Positions 13,017-24,670 of a DNA stretch of 64,000 nt are shown piece after piece. Both the position numbers and the translations under genes were made by a program. Positions within the stretch are counted from its first letter, which is position 1, and each line of letters opens with the position of its first letter. Source of the stretch: Asterias amurensis (Eukaryota); NCBI RefSeq assembly GCF_032118995.1, contig NC_092661.1:18109185-18173184 (forward strand), given 5' to 3'. The notes under the pieces are model-generated. The model saw nothing but the letters and a program-made list of their open reading frames with translations. It had not been told where the DNA came from and ran no database searches.

Positions 13017-13345
13017 GATGGAGCAAGTTCGAGTGGACACATTTAGTCTACCGCTGGTTGACTACGGACCAGCAACGTACATGCGCTGTGACGCACTCAC
13101 TCGAACGACTCATTTAGAAGTCTAGTCAACCTTCCACCTTTTCGCTTTAGTGGCACTGGTTCCCCTTTGCGCTTTACACACATTAGAATGGACATGCTGT
13201 TGGGACCAGTGAAGAAACCTGGGGTAAGAGGCTGGTTCCAAATGGTTGACCACAGTAGTCAACTAATGGTCGACCAGCCTGGGTTTGAGTGCAAATGGTC
13301 AACCTTTAGTTAACCAATTGTGCACACACAAACTTGCTCATGGTT
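13017..13345. mobile_element. MITE family C copy
   Basis: 'ggagcaagttcgagtggacacattt...tgtgcacacacaaacttgctcatgg'. It is homologous to 8636..8936. Confidence 0.65.
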
Positions 13346-13512
13346 GTCAGTTCAGGATTATTTCCCATCACCATACTCAAAAAATGTTTGTTGCAGAGGG
13401 TGTGTTTCCCACCCACCCAAATGTCTTCATACTTGAACAAACTATTTTTCTCTTGTACTAAAGTACCCCTTCCAATTCTCTAAAATAATTCCTGAGGTTT
13501 CCAGAACACAAT

Positions 13513-13877
13513 TAAAGACACTGGACACTATTGGTAATTGTCAAAGACCAGTCTTCTCACTTGGTGTATTTCAAAAGATGCATAAAATAACAAACCTGGG
13601 AAAATTTTAGCTCAATCGGTCGTCGAAGTTGCGAGATGATAATGAAAGAAAAAAAAAACACCCTTGTCACAAGAAGTTGAGTGCTTTCAGATGCTTGATT
13701 TCAATCCTCAAATTCTAAATCTGAGGTCTCGAAATCAAATTCGTGGAAAGTTGCTTCTTTCTCGAAAACTACATTAGTTTTATACTATCAACCTCTCCCC
13801 ATTACTAGTTTCCAAGAAAGGTTTTTTATGCTAACAATTATTTTGAGTAATTACCAATAGTGTCCAATGCCTTTAAG
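13513..13877. mobile_element. MITE family A copy
   Basis: 'aaagacactggacactattggtaattgtcaaagacc...attaccaatagtgtccaatgcctttaag'. Confidence 0.7.
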
Positions 13878-14757
13878 ACACAAGGAGGTGGTACAACGTG
13901 CCATGTATAATGCACATGATGGCATTTTTTTTGTACACATACAATATTACACCTATGCACTTTAAGATTATGCAAAGTTGCATCACATAGTAAAAAGAAA
14001 GAGTGAAGACAATTAAAATGTGATGGATTTATAAAGAGTAAAAGATGATGCAAAAGCCATATTAATATCAATGTAGATATTATTGAGATATAATTTGTGT
14101 AGTGGCAGTGCAGCTAAAAAGGTCTTGTAAAAGATTGAGTTGTGAAGATAAGACGGCTACAGTTTAGTTAAAATTTATATCATTTTTGATGGAGTGAACA
14201 ACCAACTTGTTGTCAAAATAAGTTTGTGTTTGTGATTATGTTGTGCATGTTTCATAGGAAGTGTTCACTCCTGATGAAAAGAGTAGGGAATATCTTTAGT
14301 TTCTGTCCATTAACTTTCCAAGTCATAAAAAAGTGCTTAATGTTGAAATTAATTTCGTTAATGTTTCCGGTTATTTGGATACATGCTAGCAAAGCTGTCA
14401 AGTTATTTAATCCTAGCAGTACCCATTAAAGAGGTTCTATCATTCTTAAAAAAAAAGAGAGACCTAAAAAAGTTAAGCCAACTCAATTTTGGAGTCACAT
14501 TTATAATTTTCACAAAGGTAATTTTAAGCTCTAGCTTTGGATGTCACTTGTACAAATTCTTTATGAGCAAGGCTGCTTTCAAATCAGCCTTGCTGAAATA
14601 CACAGTTCTAAAATTGGGCCTGATGTAATCAGCCCTCACCACTGCTAGGGTTGAAACTAAAGATTGGTTAATTTATAGGTCAAGGAACCATTGGATCATT
14701 TTAAAGGCTTCTGGTTACTCTCCACACTTAAATAACATTTATAAGACAAAATGGGCT

Positions 14758-14900
14758 TGATGTAGAAAGGTTTGCGGTAACACCATGTAATGACTATCTC
14801 TAATGAGTTGGGGTGGTTCTGAAAAGAACCGTTGGTTTCAACTCGACGTTTCGATCAGTATGCTCTGATCGTCTGTTGATCGTCTTCTGGAAAAAGGACC
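14758..14900. mobile_element. Fragment of MITE family G ('ggtttgcggtaacaccatgtaatgactatctc...')
   Basis: It matches the left arm of the full palindromic copy at 47548..47778. Confidence 0.55.
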
Positions 14901-14998
14901 TGACGAAACTTGAAAAAGATACCAACACTTGCCAAATGAGCTGGGTTTAATTTCATATAGCTATTTACTGTTAAGCAAATATTTGTATACAGTGCTTA

Positions 14999-15372
14999 AA
15001 GGCAGTGGACACTATTGGTGATTACTCAAATTATTTATCAGCATAAACCTTACTTGGTAACGAGTAATGGGGAGCTGTTGATAGTATAAAACGTCTCCCT
15101 CTGAAGTGACGTAGTTTTCGAGAAAGAAGTAATTTTCTCGAATTTGATTCCGAGACCTCAAGTTTAGAATTTGAGGTCTCGAAATCAAGCATCTGAAAGC
15201 ACACAACTTTGTGTGACAAGGGTGTTTTTGTTTCTTTCATAGTTGTCTCGCAACTCTGACAACCAATTGAGCTCAAATTTTCACAGGTTTGTTATTTTAT
15301 GCATATGTTGACATACACCAAGTGAGAAGACTGGTCTTTGACAATTACCAATAGTATCCAGTGTCTTTAATA
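14999..15372. mobile_element. MITE family A copy
   Basis: 'aaaggcagtggacactattggtgattactc...attaccaatagtatccagtgtctttaat'. It carries the spurious ORFs 15012..15206 and 15031..15276. Confidence 0.75.
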
Positions 15373-18365
15373 CAAATTGGTGCAAGGGTAAAAACCAAAT
15401 AATATTTAAATATTTGTGCTTACTAGAGTAGGAACATGTGCCTAAGCATAAGTATATTTTTCAAACCAAGAAGAGTTTACAGCATTTGTGCCAATCACAA
15501 TTGATTTTTTTTATTTTCAAAGATCATTAAACTAACACCAATAACTTTTATTACTGGAGGTGGAAAATTATTGCGGAGAAAGTTTGACAAGATTTACATA
15601 TTTCAATACCTTTTCACCATTAAAAACTTATTTCCATGGCATTCATAATGAAGTCCAATAATTGAGAAATCATAATGCTACCATAACCTTCCGATTAAAC
15701 CACTCCTGCATCTCTTTTTTGTAGAACTTACTGCCTTTATCAGATTACTGTACCCAATACCAACTCTGCCCATGTTTATACTCCTGTAGATAGAGAAGCA
15801 ATTAGTGGTCAAGATTCTTACTCTGTGGTGTCACATACTAACAAACTTGCCTCCAGAACAAGAGTGCCCAGTTGTCACAAATTCAGAACACTATTTGTGA
15901 AGAGAATTCAGGAATGCTCTAGGTAACAATGATATCAATTATTCTTTGTTAAGTTAATGAGTTGAGTACTTCAATCACTTTTTTGTTCTGTTGATGTTCA
16001 TTTACCATTGTGTTACTTTGTTCTCACGTTACTTTTGTTGAAACCAAAAACTTTTTTTGGTAATTAAACCCTTACAGTATTATTATCATCACAAAACACT
16101 GTTAGTATGGTAACAATTAAATAATAGGAAGACGAAAGAACAAAGAAGGAAATACAATTTTAAGTGTCATTTCAGTATTATTTTTCATCTTCATTGTTAC
16201 TTCTGTTGAAAACAAGGACATGGTACATTAGCTGTAAGAAAACAACATCTCATTATCTTTATAAATCAAAATATCTGTCAATGAGAATGGGTTGTTTGAA
16301 TTTGAGTTTTTCCCTCTTCCCTTGTTTATCCCCCAGATGTTTTTCCCCCGGAAAGCCTTAAATTATGTTGGTCCTCCTGAAAATCTAATAACAAAGCAAT
16401 AAATCAGATAAATGTTATTTCTTCATGCTCAGACATTTTTAAAGGATTTTCAGTGAGACCTTTTTGTAATCTACAGAGGTCAAGCAAAACAATAACTTTA
16501 AAAAATAAGAGTGTATACAAGTTTGTGTACAATTGTAATAATTGTACCCCATTGTTATATTGTGGAATGTGAAATCAAAGTAACAGTGATAGAGAATAAT
16601 ACTCATGGTGACAGGATCAAATCCTGCATTGGACACACCATGGAAACTGAATCACAAATATAGTTTGAAAGATATGTAAAAAACAAGATTTTAAAAATAT
16701 TTTTGACATGTTTTAAAAAGAAATAACAAAAAAATGTGAGATACCAATTTGTATCTTTAATAGGTTAAATAAATTTTTCTCAAACAAAGATCTATATATT
16801 TGGATGTTTTAATATGATGTCCTTATTATTTGTCATGGATTTTAAAACGCACGTCTTTCATTTAATATCTTTGACGTGGGTGTTCTCGAATACTAGACCT
16901 TTATCATGGTGCGTCCATCTTGGTTTTGTCTCCCAGTCAGATCAATGTGACCAAACCGAGGCTGGAAGGAAAAATAGTCTGGTTCCTTTTGGTACAATGA
17001 ATAGTAGCATCCATTACTGTTATTGGATAGAGGGAACTTGACCACGATGATGGTTGCATGTTAAAGGTCATTGAAGTTTGAAAATGAAGACAATGTTAAT
17101 AAGAAGAAGCATGCGGTGATGAACACTGTTGGTTATCTTATGTTATTGCATGCATTTCATTCTGAAAGTTTGTTTTTTGAGATTATATTGTACAGATCTT
17201 CATATAATAAGTGGTAAGAGTTATTATTCTTCAGTGTAGAGCATTGTTTGTATGAATGCCTTTCCGCCCAATCATGGTTATTTTGCATGATAATCACATT
17301 CTTAAATTACTGTAAATATTGATTGTTATTAACACATTAAAATATTCAAGGATAATTTTTGTACATTCTGTTTATAAGATTAAGTTTTGTGTTGAAAATT
17401 TGTTTGAAAAGATTAATTTACCGTCATGTGTGGCCTTGATTAAATGGTTGCACCAAAACTGACTTGATACAAATCATTGTAAACTACCATTTTGTAAACA
17501 GTTCAGTTCAGAAAAGGTCAGTTTGATTTGTCAGTTGTCATGTAATGTTTACTTTACAATAATGGCACTCTGAACATCTGACAGAATCGACCTATGGGAA
17601 TCTTTGTTGAGATGACAGGTATTTTGTTTTCCAATGATCTTGGTGCTTTTTCTTCCTGTTTTTGTTATTTTTTAAAGTGTTTTTTTGAAACATTACCACC
17701 GTATTTATTTCATTTCTTATAAATGCTTTTAAATTTACCGATAAACGTTTCACTTTTTCTTTTGCAAGTTTTGTTTGCAAAGTTACTAAAGTGGCTGTTT
17801 AATTTTTCACAGATTTGTTGTTGACTCAAATTTTTAATGAAATTATTGTACTTCTAATAGTTGCACTTTTGTCTGAATAATATACTTCCAAAGTTAACAT
17901 CTTCATTTTCTTCAGTGTATCACTTTTGTACAGTGAAACAGTTACTCAAGAAAGTTAAAGTTGTTTCTGTTTTGTTTCTCCCGGTTTAAGTTTTTTGTTC
18001 ATCCAATGTTGGTTTTTCAGTTTGAAATTCCTCATTAGATTTGCGTTTTATCTTCAAATACTAATACATATGAAAATATTTTTGTTTAATGTTATGTTGA
18101 GTTGTTGACATTCTGATTTTAAAGAGTGTATAATAATTGTATTAATAAAACCATAAAAGAAAAGATTGGAAATTGAACTTGTTCATGCTTTTCATTAATG
18201 TTAATTTTGTTTTGTTTCTGATTGGTGTTAATGATACTTATTTGTTCTCATTTCCAACACTAATGTTTTCAAGAAAATTGGCAACCTGAAAAGTTTGGTA
18301 AAATGAAAAAAAATTGCAACATTATGCGATTTCAAGAAAAATGCATACAAAACATTTATAATTTA

Positions 18366-18693
18366 AAGGAACACGTTGCCTGATCGGTCGATTTGGTCTT
18401 TGAAAAAAAAAGTTTGTTTTAAAAGTAGAATGCAATGATCCTCACAAATTTGCCTCGAAATTGCGTGGTTTTCCTTTTACTTTGCGAACTAACCCATCGG
18501 CCATATGGGAGTCAATGGCCGACCGTGTTAGTCGACGAGGTAAAACGAAAACCACGCAATTTCGAGTGATAATTGTGTGGATCATTGTATTCTTCTATTA
18601 AAATATCTTTCTAATCATATGTATTTTATAACAAACGGTTTAAAACGCTTTTCAAAAACCAACTCGACCGATCCAAGGCAACGTGTTCCTTTA
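18366..18693. mobile_element. Foldback/MITE family E (TIR 'cttaaaggaacacgttgcc(t)gatcggtcga...') with nested inner palindrome
   Basis: The left end 'aaaggaacacgttgcctgatcggtcgatttggtc' and the right end 'caactcgaccgatccaaggcaacgtgttcctttaag' are inverted copies. The inner segment 18470..18570 is itself palindromic. A related fragment lies at 53230..53295. Confidence 0.65.
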
Positions 18694-19314
18694 AGAAAAT
18701 TTGATTCAAATTTGGTCATTAGGAACAAATTCTACTTTGTTTAAATTATTAAAATTAAATTACCCTCTCATTTTAACCATTCATTTAAAAAGGTAAATAA
18801 ATCCATACAGAGGGCGCTATATGCTTTCACCGTCGGATTCATGGGTACATGCAAGGCACTATAATTAATACATGCAAACTAAAATTAATAAACAAAATAA
18901 AGCTTAATATTAAAAAATACTCAACAAATACTTTAAGTCTCACAGCTTCTTGAAACCAACCAGATAGATTTTTACTAAACTTCAGATTTCCTTTTTAATT
19001 GTTGGTTGGTCAGCCGTTTTGAATTGCCCTAGAAAAAAAAACACCCAATGTGCATTTCCCAAACCAACTTGCTGCATTCCTCCCATTAAAATAGAATGCA
19101 GTAGGCCTACCAACTTTAAAGCCTAAATTTATCAATACTCCTCATAAGTTGAAGCACAGAGCCCCAGGTTGTGAAACGTTGTTGTCTTTAGTATGCAATT
19201 ATTTTAATAATTGCATGACCCCAAAACGTTATTATTCAAAAGACTTTGAGTGGTACAAATTATGGCGTATGAATTTTTGCCTATTAAGTGTGGATGGATG
19301 GCGCACCAATACAC

Positions 19315-19830
19315 CTAACCCTAACCCTAAGGGTGCACCCCACCAAATAATATCTCATATAGCACACAGTGCAAAATGCTAAATATTCAAAAACACACGA
19401 AAATACTTAAAAGTCTCACAGCTTTTAACTTGAAAGGGAAAATTAATGCTTGACTCGTGAACTTTTATTCTCTGCTCATCTTTATATGGGGAGTCCCTGG
19501 GCCCGTCGAGTTATTCTCTCTTCTCGTAAAAAAACACCCCTTCACAGGTCTAATTATCAAAACGTCCGAACATCAATCTTGAGAAGTGTCCCTACACCTC
19601 TCAGCAAATAGAACCATTATTTCAGGGCCTATGTCATCCAAAATACCTCAAGCTGGAGGTCAACAACCCCCAGGTCACAATTGGGCAACATTTTTACAGT
19701 GAAACACTTTCTGGGGCTCTCAAATCTGTCTAATATAGAATATTTTCAGGGCCTACAAAATATTAATGAGCTCGACGCTCTGTTTTCTCCTATTTGGTGG
19801 GGTGCAACCCTAACCTGAAGGCGAGTGTCC
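19315..19830. mobile_element. Element bounded by ~28-bp inverted repeats containing telomere-like CCCTAA units
   Basis: 'taaccctaaccctaagggtgcaccccaccaaata' at ~19316-19350 is inverted relative to 'tatttggtggggtgcaaccctaacctgaagg' at ~19795-19826. Confidence 0.45.
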
Positions 19831-20524
19831 CGCGCACAGGAAGGGTGCGGCAATAAACCGCCGTCTGGTTTGCAATTTTTTCTTCACATAAAATTGCCAT
19901 CATAAAAGCAATTCCTGATTTCATTTTTAAGGATTCCTTTTTTAATCGATTTAGAAAAAAAATCGAGAAATATTTCCCCGTCGAAAAGCACTACGACAGT
20001 GGCATTTGTTGATGTACCAAGTACGCATGTACGGACACAAAAAAAATGCGTCCGGTTGGGGAAAGTTTTTAGCGGAGGCCATGCTTTTTAAAACTTTATC
20101 ATCGAGTCTATAAAAGCATGGGGTAGGATTATTGCATAATTATCTGTAGATTGTGCAGAATAGGGGCAAATGTAAAATATTACGGCCTTGGTGACATTGT
20201 TTTCACGGGAGGATGCAAATTTTTGCGACAGCCCAACGTTTTGCAATTAATTAGAAGTAATAAACGTAGGCCTACGCCTGTTCGCGATAGCTGCTCTATA
20301 AAATAAACGAACTATATTTGACAACTATTTTAAAATTTCTCAAATCACAATAATCATCATTTCAATACATGTCGAGTTTAACTCGGTTTATTGAATGTTT
20401 AACAAGCAACGAATATCTTGAACTTTGTATTTTTTTAAATTCACACACTGAGGAGGATCATAAGTGGAACATTAATTCAAGTTCGAAGTGAGTACTAATC
20501 CATTTCTACATTCCTTTCTTTGTT

Positions 20525-20948
20525 AAAGGCAGTGGACACTATTGGTAATTACTCAAAATAATTATTAGCATAAAACCTTTCTTGGTGACGAGTAATGGGG
20601 AGAGGTTGATAGTATAAAACATTGTATCTCAACACATGCATCAAATAACATACCTGTAAAAATTTGAGCTCAATCGGTCGTCGAAGTTGCGAGATATTAA
20701 TGAAAGAAAAACCCTTGTCACACGAAGTTGTGTGCTTTCAGATGGTTGATTTCGAGACCTCAAAATCTAGTTCCGAGGTCTCGAAATCAAATTCGTGGAA
20801 ACTACTTTTCTCGAAAACTAAATTACCTCACTTCAGAGGGAGCTGTTTCTCACAATGTTTTACACTATCAACCTCTCTCCATTACTCTTCGTAATCAAGA
20901 AAGGTTTTATGATAATAATTATTTTGAGTAACTACCAATAGTGTCCAA
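20525..20948. mobile_element. MITE family A copy (palindromic composite variant)
   Basis: 'aaaggcagtggacactattggtaattactc...actaccaatagtgtccaaacc'. It carries the spurious ORFs 20664..20894 and 20728..20931. Confidence 0.7.
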
Positions 20949-21394
20949 ACCAAACTTTTTGCATTGATAGCTTTTTATAAAGATGTATGATATATGTACA
21001 CGCTTTTATACTATGCTTTAAATATACATATTTTCGATCAATAAATATTTTATGACGAAATTGTGGGCTTAAATTGTAATTTTCCTCCACTTGGAACTTT
21101 ATACATCAATTAATAAAACCACAAGGGAAATTAACTGGATAAAAGTGAAATAATTTAGAGTTGAATTGAATAAATCAAAATTGACTAGAGCGGAATTCGA
21201 ACTAACTACCTCTGGATAAACATTTCACATTGAAACTACTGATAACATTTTCTATTCTTTGTAATTTCTCTCTTTGGTTTGGCCTAAAAAACCAGATACT
21301 ACATTGTATTCAAATATATAATTACCTTATACATAACAATACATCATTCATGTATACATCTGTATATTATTTAGCAAGGATTACCTTTAACAGA

Positions 21395-21425
21395 ATTTCT
21401 TATGGAATCGGGTATTTTTTTTATT
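21395..21425 (-). promoter_or_regulatory. Candidate polyadenylation signal (AATAAA on - strand) for the uncharacterised gene
   Basis: The minus strand reads '...cacttaaataaataaaaaaaatacccg', about 170 nt downstream of the stop at 21586. Confidence 0.4.
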
Positions 21426-21585
21426 TATTTAAGTGCAATAATTTATAGATTTGACCAGGGGGAGAGGAAAACAACACTCAGCAGCAAAAGGAACATTTGA
21501 GCTTGACGATTTTCAACTTATTTGGCTGAAATTAAATGAAGGGGCAAGTGTTTTCTGTTGTCAGCTGCAAACGTTTTTGTTGAAA

Positions 21586-22166
21586 TCATAACATATAAAG
21601 CATACATTCTCCCTGGATAGGAAGTTCAATCTGTTCAATACATTTAGTAAAAGCTTGGCTCTTCCCAGCATGCTTAACAACCCTTGCTACTCCTCGTACA
21701 ATCACAGTCTCATTAGCGCGAATGGATCGCATCCCATGCCTCTCACAAGAGTATCTTAGAAGCACTTTCATGATCACAGAAATGCGTTTGATGATTGTTT
21801 TGTCCTTTGTTATCTCAGTCCCGAGTTCAGTTTGGCATGGGCTGACTTCTTCAACTGTACCCCGTCCGATGGGTCGTCGTGCTAGATCGGTCAGCACCAT
21901 CTGATCGCCTGCATCCACTGCCACCATGCTGAAGGCATAACCGGACGGGTCGCTGTCCGACCAGAAGAAATTAGGATTGTCATTTAGGCTACCGGTAAAT
22001 GTTAACCTTCGGCCATAGCCCTGACCTATGCGGAGGAGATGTAGGGCCTGTCCATTGAATTGGTGACGTGGTGGTGACGATGTCTGCTGGGCAATGTTGC
22101 TGGAATTGTTCAGAACACGGACTCTGTATCTGAAGCCTGGCATGATGCGTTGATCAACGTGGAATC
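21586..22166 (-). CDS. Uncharacterised protein, terminal coding exon (…GFHVDQRIMPGFRYRVRVLNNSSN…YAFSMVAVDAGDQMVLTDLARRPIGRGTVEEV…ETVIVRGVARVVKHAGKSQAFTKCIEQIELPIQGECMLYML*)
   Basis: It forms part of the 395-codon minus-strand ORF 21586..22773. The acceptor on the minus strand is 'ttttatttttatttgtgcag|GATTCC' at 22167/22166. The C-terminal region is beta-strand-rich, and I cannot assign a domain family from sequence alone. Confidence 0.6.
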
Positions 22167-22301
22167 CTGCACAAATAAAAATAAAATAAAAATCGAGAAT
22201 TTTTTGGTTAATTAAGCAATTCAAAATGATAAAATCAACTCTTTTTTTAAACTGAAATTTTAATTGACTTATTTTTAAAAACGAAAAAAAAAAAGTCTCA
22301 C
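22167..22301 (-). other. 135-nt AT-rich intron (GTGAGA...polyY-CAG) that is stop-free and frame-preserving
   Basis: Donor 'ATTG|gtgagac', acceptor '...tgtgcag|GA'. The long ORF reads straight through it as 45 codons (TFFFSFLKISQLKFQFKKRVDFIILNCLINQKILDFYFIFICA), so it may be a retained or alternative segment. Confidence 0.5.
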
Positions 22302-22716
22302 CAATGACGGGCATTTCGTGCTGTTTCAACCCATGAACTTGGTAGGAAACTGGAACATCCACGCTCTCACACACAACTGGGCCTTGTTTCTCGATGTTAT
22401 TATTTTGGCTGGATGGTGATGAACATTTAGTCCTTTCTGACTCCAAAAAGTCAGCACTGGCAGAAAACTTCTCAAGCCGAAATTCATCTTCTTGAAATTG
22501 ATTTTTCACCGAACAGAGCTCTGATTCTGCCGCATGGTCAAACGGCCCGTTGTATGCCCTGTCCTGACGGAATAGCCCGCCCTCGAAGTCTGCGTTATTT
22601 TCAAGACTCGATATTCTTGAGTCGGCTATATTCCTCACTGCATCATCGTCTGGCATGTTGAAGGAGCAGATATTTTGAAGCTGAGAATCGTAAAAGTGTG
22701 TGTCTACTTCAGTCAT
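22302..22716 (-). CDS. Uncharacterised protein, first coding exon (MTEVDTHFYDSQLQNICSFNMPDDDAVRNIADSRISSLENNADFEGG…VSYQVHGLKQHEMPVIG)
   Basis: ATG at 22716-22714 on the minus strand follows the acceptor 'ctcttttcccatttacag|ACACAATGACT'. The in-frame upstream Met at 22773 lies beyond this acceptor. The N-terminus is acidic and Ser-rich. Confidence 0.55.
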
Positions 22717-23002
22717 TGTGTCTGTAAATGGGAAAAGAGATGTGAAATAACAGTTATACTTAGTAAATCTCATCTTTTAAGTCATACATAACGTGTGCAA
22801 AAATTGTTCTGTGGAAATTTCCTAAACGTCGGTCAGCGCATGGAGGGAGCATGGAGGGGAGGCAGACTGTTTCCAAGAGACAGTTTCGCTGCAAACCACG
22901 AGGCAAATACGTGATCTCAAAACATCAACTCTTTGATAATATTTTGCTTGTTGTCCAAAGTTGATCACGTCGTGAATAAATAACATAAAACGATCAACTT
23001 AC

Positions 23003-23090
23003 CTTGTTTTTCCTCCGTATTTATAACAGAAAACTGAAATTATGAGCGAATTCCCGCCGATACTGAAATATTCTGCGCGATAAAATGAGT
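23003..23090 (-). other. Putative 5' non-coding exon of the uncharacterised gene (donor 'CAAG|gtaagttgatcg' at 23003)
   Basis: A strong GTAAGT donor lies on the minus strand 280 nt upstream of the coding-exon acceptor. The TSS is not determinable and the start coordinate is arbitrary. Confidence 0.3.
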
Positions 23091-23139
23091 AGTAGGCCTT
23101 CACACAATTTGTCAACACTAACCCAGCGCATGTGAGCTT

Positions 23140-23560
23140 GCCAATTCATTCACAAATTTTGATACCCCTCTATACCAAATACGGAATTGCAATCCCCATA
23201 TACGGGAAACAAGGCTCCGCCTACAATTAATACTACACGTTGATTGGTCAATACCCACTTTGCCAAATTATTAACTCCGGTGTGATTGGATCATAATAAA
23301 TAAGGAACCTGCATGCCCGGTGCATGCTCAACGAGTGTGAACCGCATGCGTTGTTTAGCTGCGGTCTGCAGTCTTGTTTTTGTTTGGCAAAAACCCACGT
23401 GTGTAAGCAGTTTCTCCCAGGATTGCTCCATGCGCGCGCCCCCGTGACTGATGCACGAAGCCCGTCCGTGCACACACGAAGCATATCACGAAGCAAGTCC
23501 AGTCAAATACGCATTTCGTTACTAAAATGGCAGTTTTGTGGAACAGCTGTGAGTAAATGC
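23140..23560. promoter_or_regulatory. Bidirectional promoter region: CCAAT/ATTGG boxes (23141, 23242, 23284) and a CpG-rich stretch 23290-23500 in an otherwise CpG-poor, AT-rich locus
   Basis: 'ttgattggtcaa' and 'gtgattggatcat' are present. Nearby are 'gcatgcccggtgcatgctcaacg...ccatgcgcgcgcccccgtgactgatgcacgaagcccgtccgtgcacacacgaagc'. It lies between the divergent first exons of the orphan gene (-) and GOGAT (+). Confidence 0.45.
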
Positions 23561-23621
23561 TGAAAACTAAAAAGCCGGGAACAATTTTCGACTCCTGAAG
23601 GACTTATTTTCTGAGCTGTTG
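23500..23621 (+). other. Putative GOGAT 5' non-coding first exon (donor 'GCTGTTG|gtaagtaag' at 23621/23622)
   Basis: A canonical donor lies downstream of the CpG-rich block, and the coding exon's acceptor is at 24520. The TSS is unknown. Confidence 0.3.
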
Positions 23622-24529
23622 GTAAGTAAGAGCATCAGAGCAATGAACTGACTCGATGCAGACTTAACGCACATTCAGCCTAGCCTGTATTAATTTACGT
23701 ACGGGATCAGTTGGTCAGCATGAACAACAGCGTGGTAAACTGTATTGTTGACCTGCGGTTGACCTGTCACAGCTCATGCATTCAGTTCTCGGGCATGTGT
23801 GTTTGTTTATATTTCGAAATCATCCACAGTCTTACTTATCCTTTTTTCATGCACTGCCATTGTATTTAAAGTGATTGCAATCAAATAAAAATATCAACTT
23901 GCACGAGTTATCCACTCAGCTCGTGTGTGTCTGTCCATCTGCTGTCATTGTCAAAAGTATCACAATCATCAATTCAATGTCATGAGTGACCGATCACGCT
24001 CCCTAAACATGCACCAATTACACATAATATCTGTATATTATAGGAAATAAAAACTTACCTCAACAAACAGAAATATTCAGATAAAACTAAATAATCAGTT
24101 TTTATTTTTTTGTATATGGTCACGGATGACTACAGGTAAGTGCATCATCTTTAAAATTCCTTGAAATTTATGCCTCAGAAAATGGTTTTACTTTAAAAAA
24201 AATAAAACTGTGTGGATTTATTATTATTAATTAAAGGTTGGATCATATTTATATAGTAAGAAATGTAAATTTTGTTTAAATTTTTGGACATTTGCTCAGC
24301 TCTGTCATGTCTGTGCTACATCATCAGTGAACATGATGATATTGCAAATCTTTAGCGATATTGATTATAAATGATCAGTCTGATGTCTGTAAATGGTACC
24401 TAGTGATAACCTGCTGCCATGGAGCTAAGAAGATTATTTGGAATGCTATTCCTTTTTTTCAGAACTGAAGTGTCACCTCACCAGGTCAGTTTCATTCGTG
24501 GGAGTTTGACATTCTTTTAGCATTCAACC

Positions 24530-24670
24530 ATGGCGGAGAGTTGTCCATTACCAGCGATGGACCTGCAGACTGGTCTGCCATTGGCCCAGGGGTTATATTC
24601 ACCGGAGATGGAGAAGGATGCATGTGGTGTTGGATTTATCGTCAACATTCATGGAATCAAGTCTAAGAAG
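24530..24670 (+). CDS. Glutamate synthase [NADH] (GOGAT) exon 1: MAESCPLPAMDLQTGLPLAQGLYSPEMEKDA|CGVGFIVNIHGIKSKK
   Basis: The exon begins at 24521 after 'ttttag', with ATG at 24530. Donor 'AAGAAG|gtaattcc'. Cys31 followed by GVGFI is the Ntn-amidotransferase nucleophile after a 30-aa propeptide. Phase out is 0. Confidence 0.85.

Noticed and set aside
24463-24484. 22-nt segment flanked by 'tttttttcag|' and '|gtcagt' that looks like a GOGAT 5' micro-exon
   Set aside because: It is too short to support, and the signals could be coincidental. The first-exon candidate at 23500..23621 with a GTAAGT donor is preferred, itself at low confidence.
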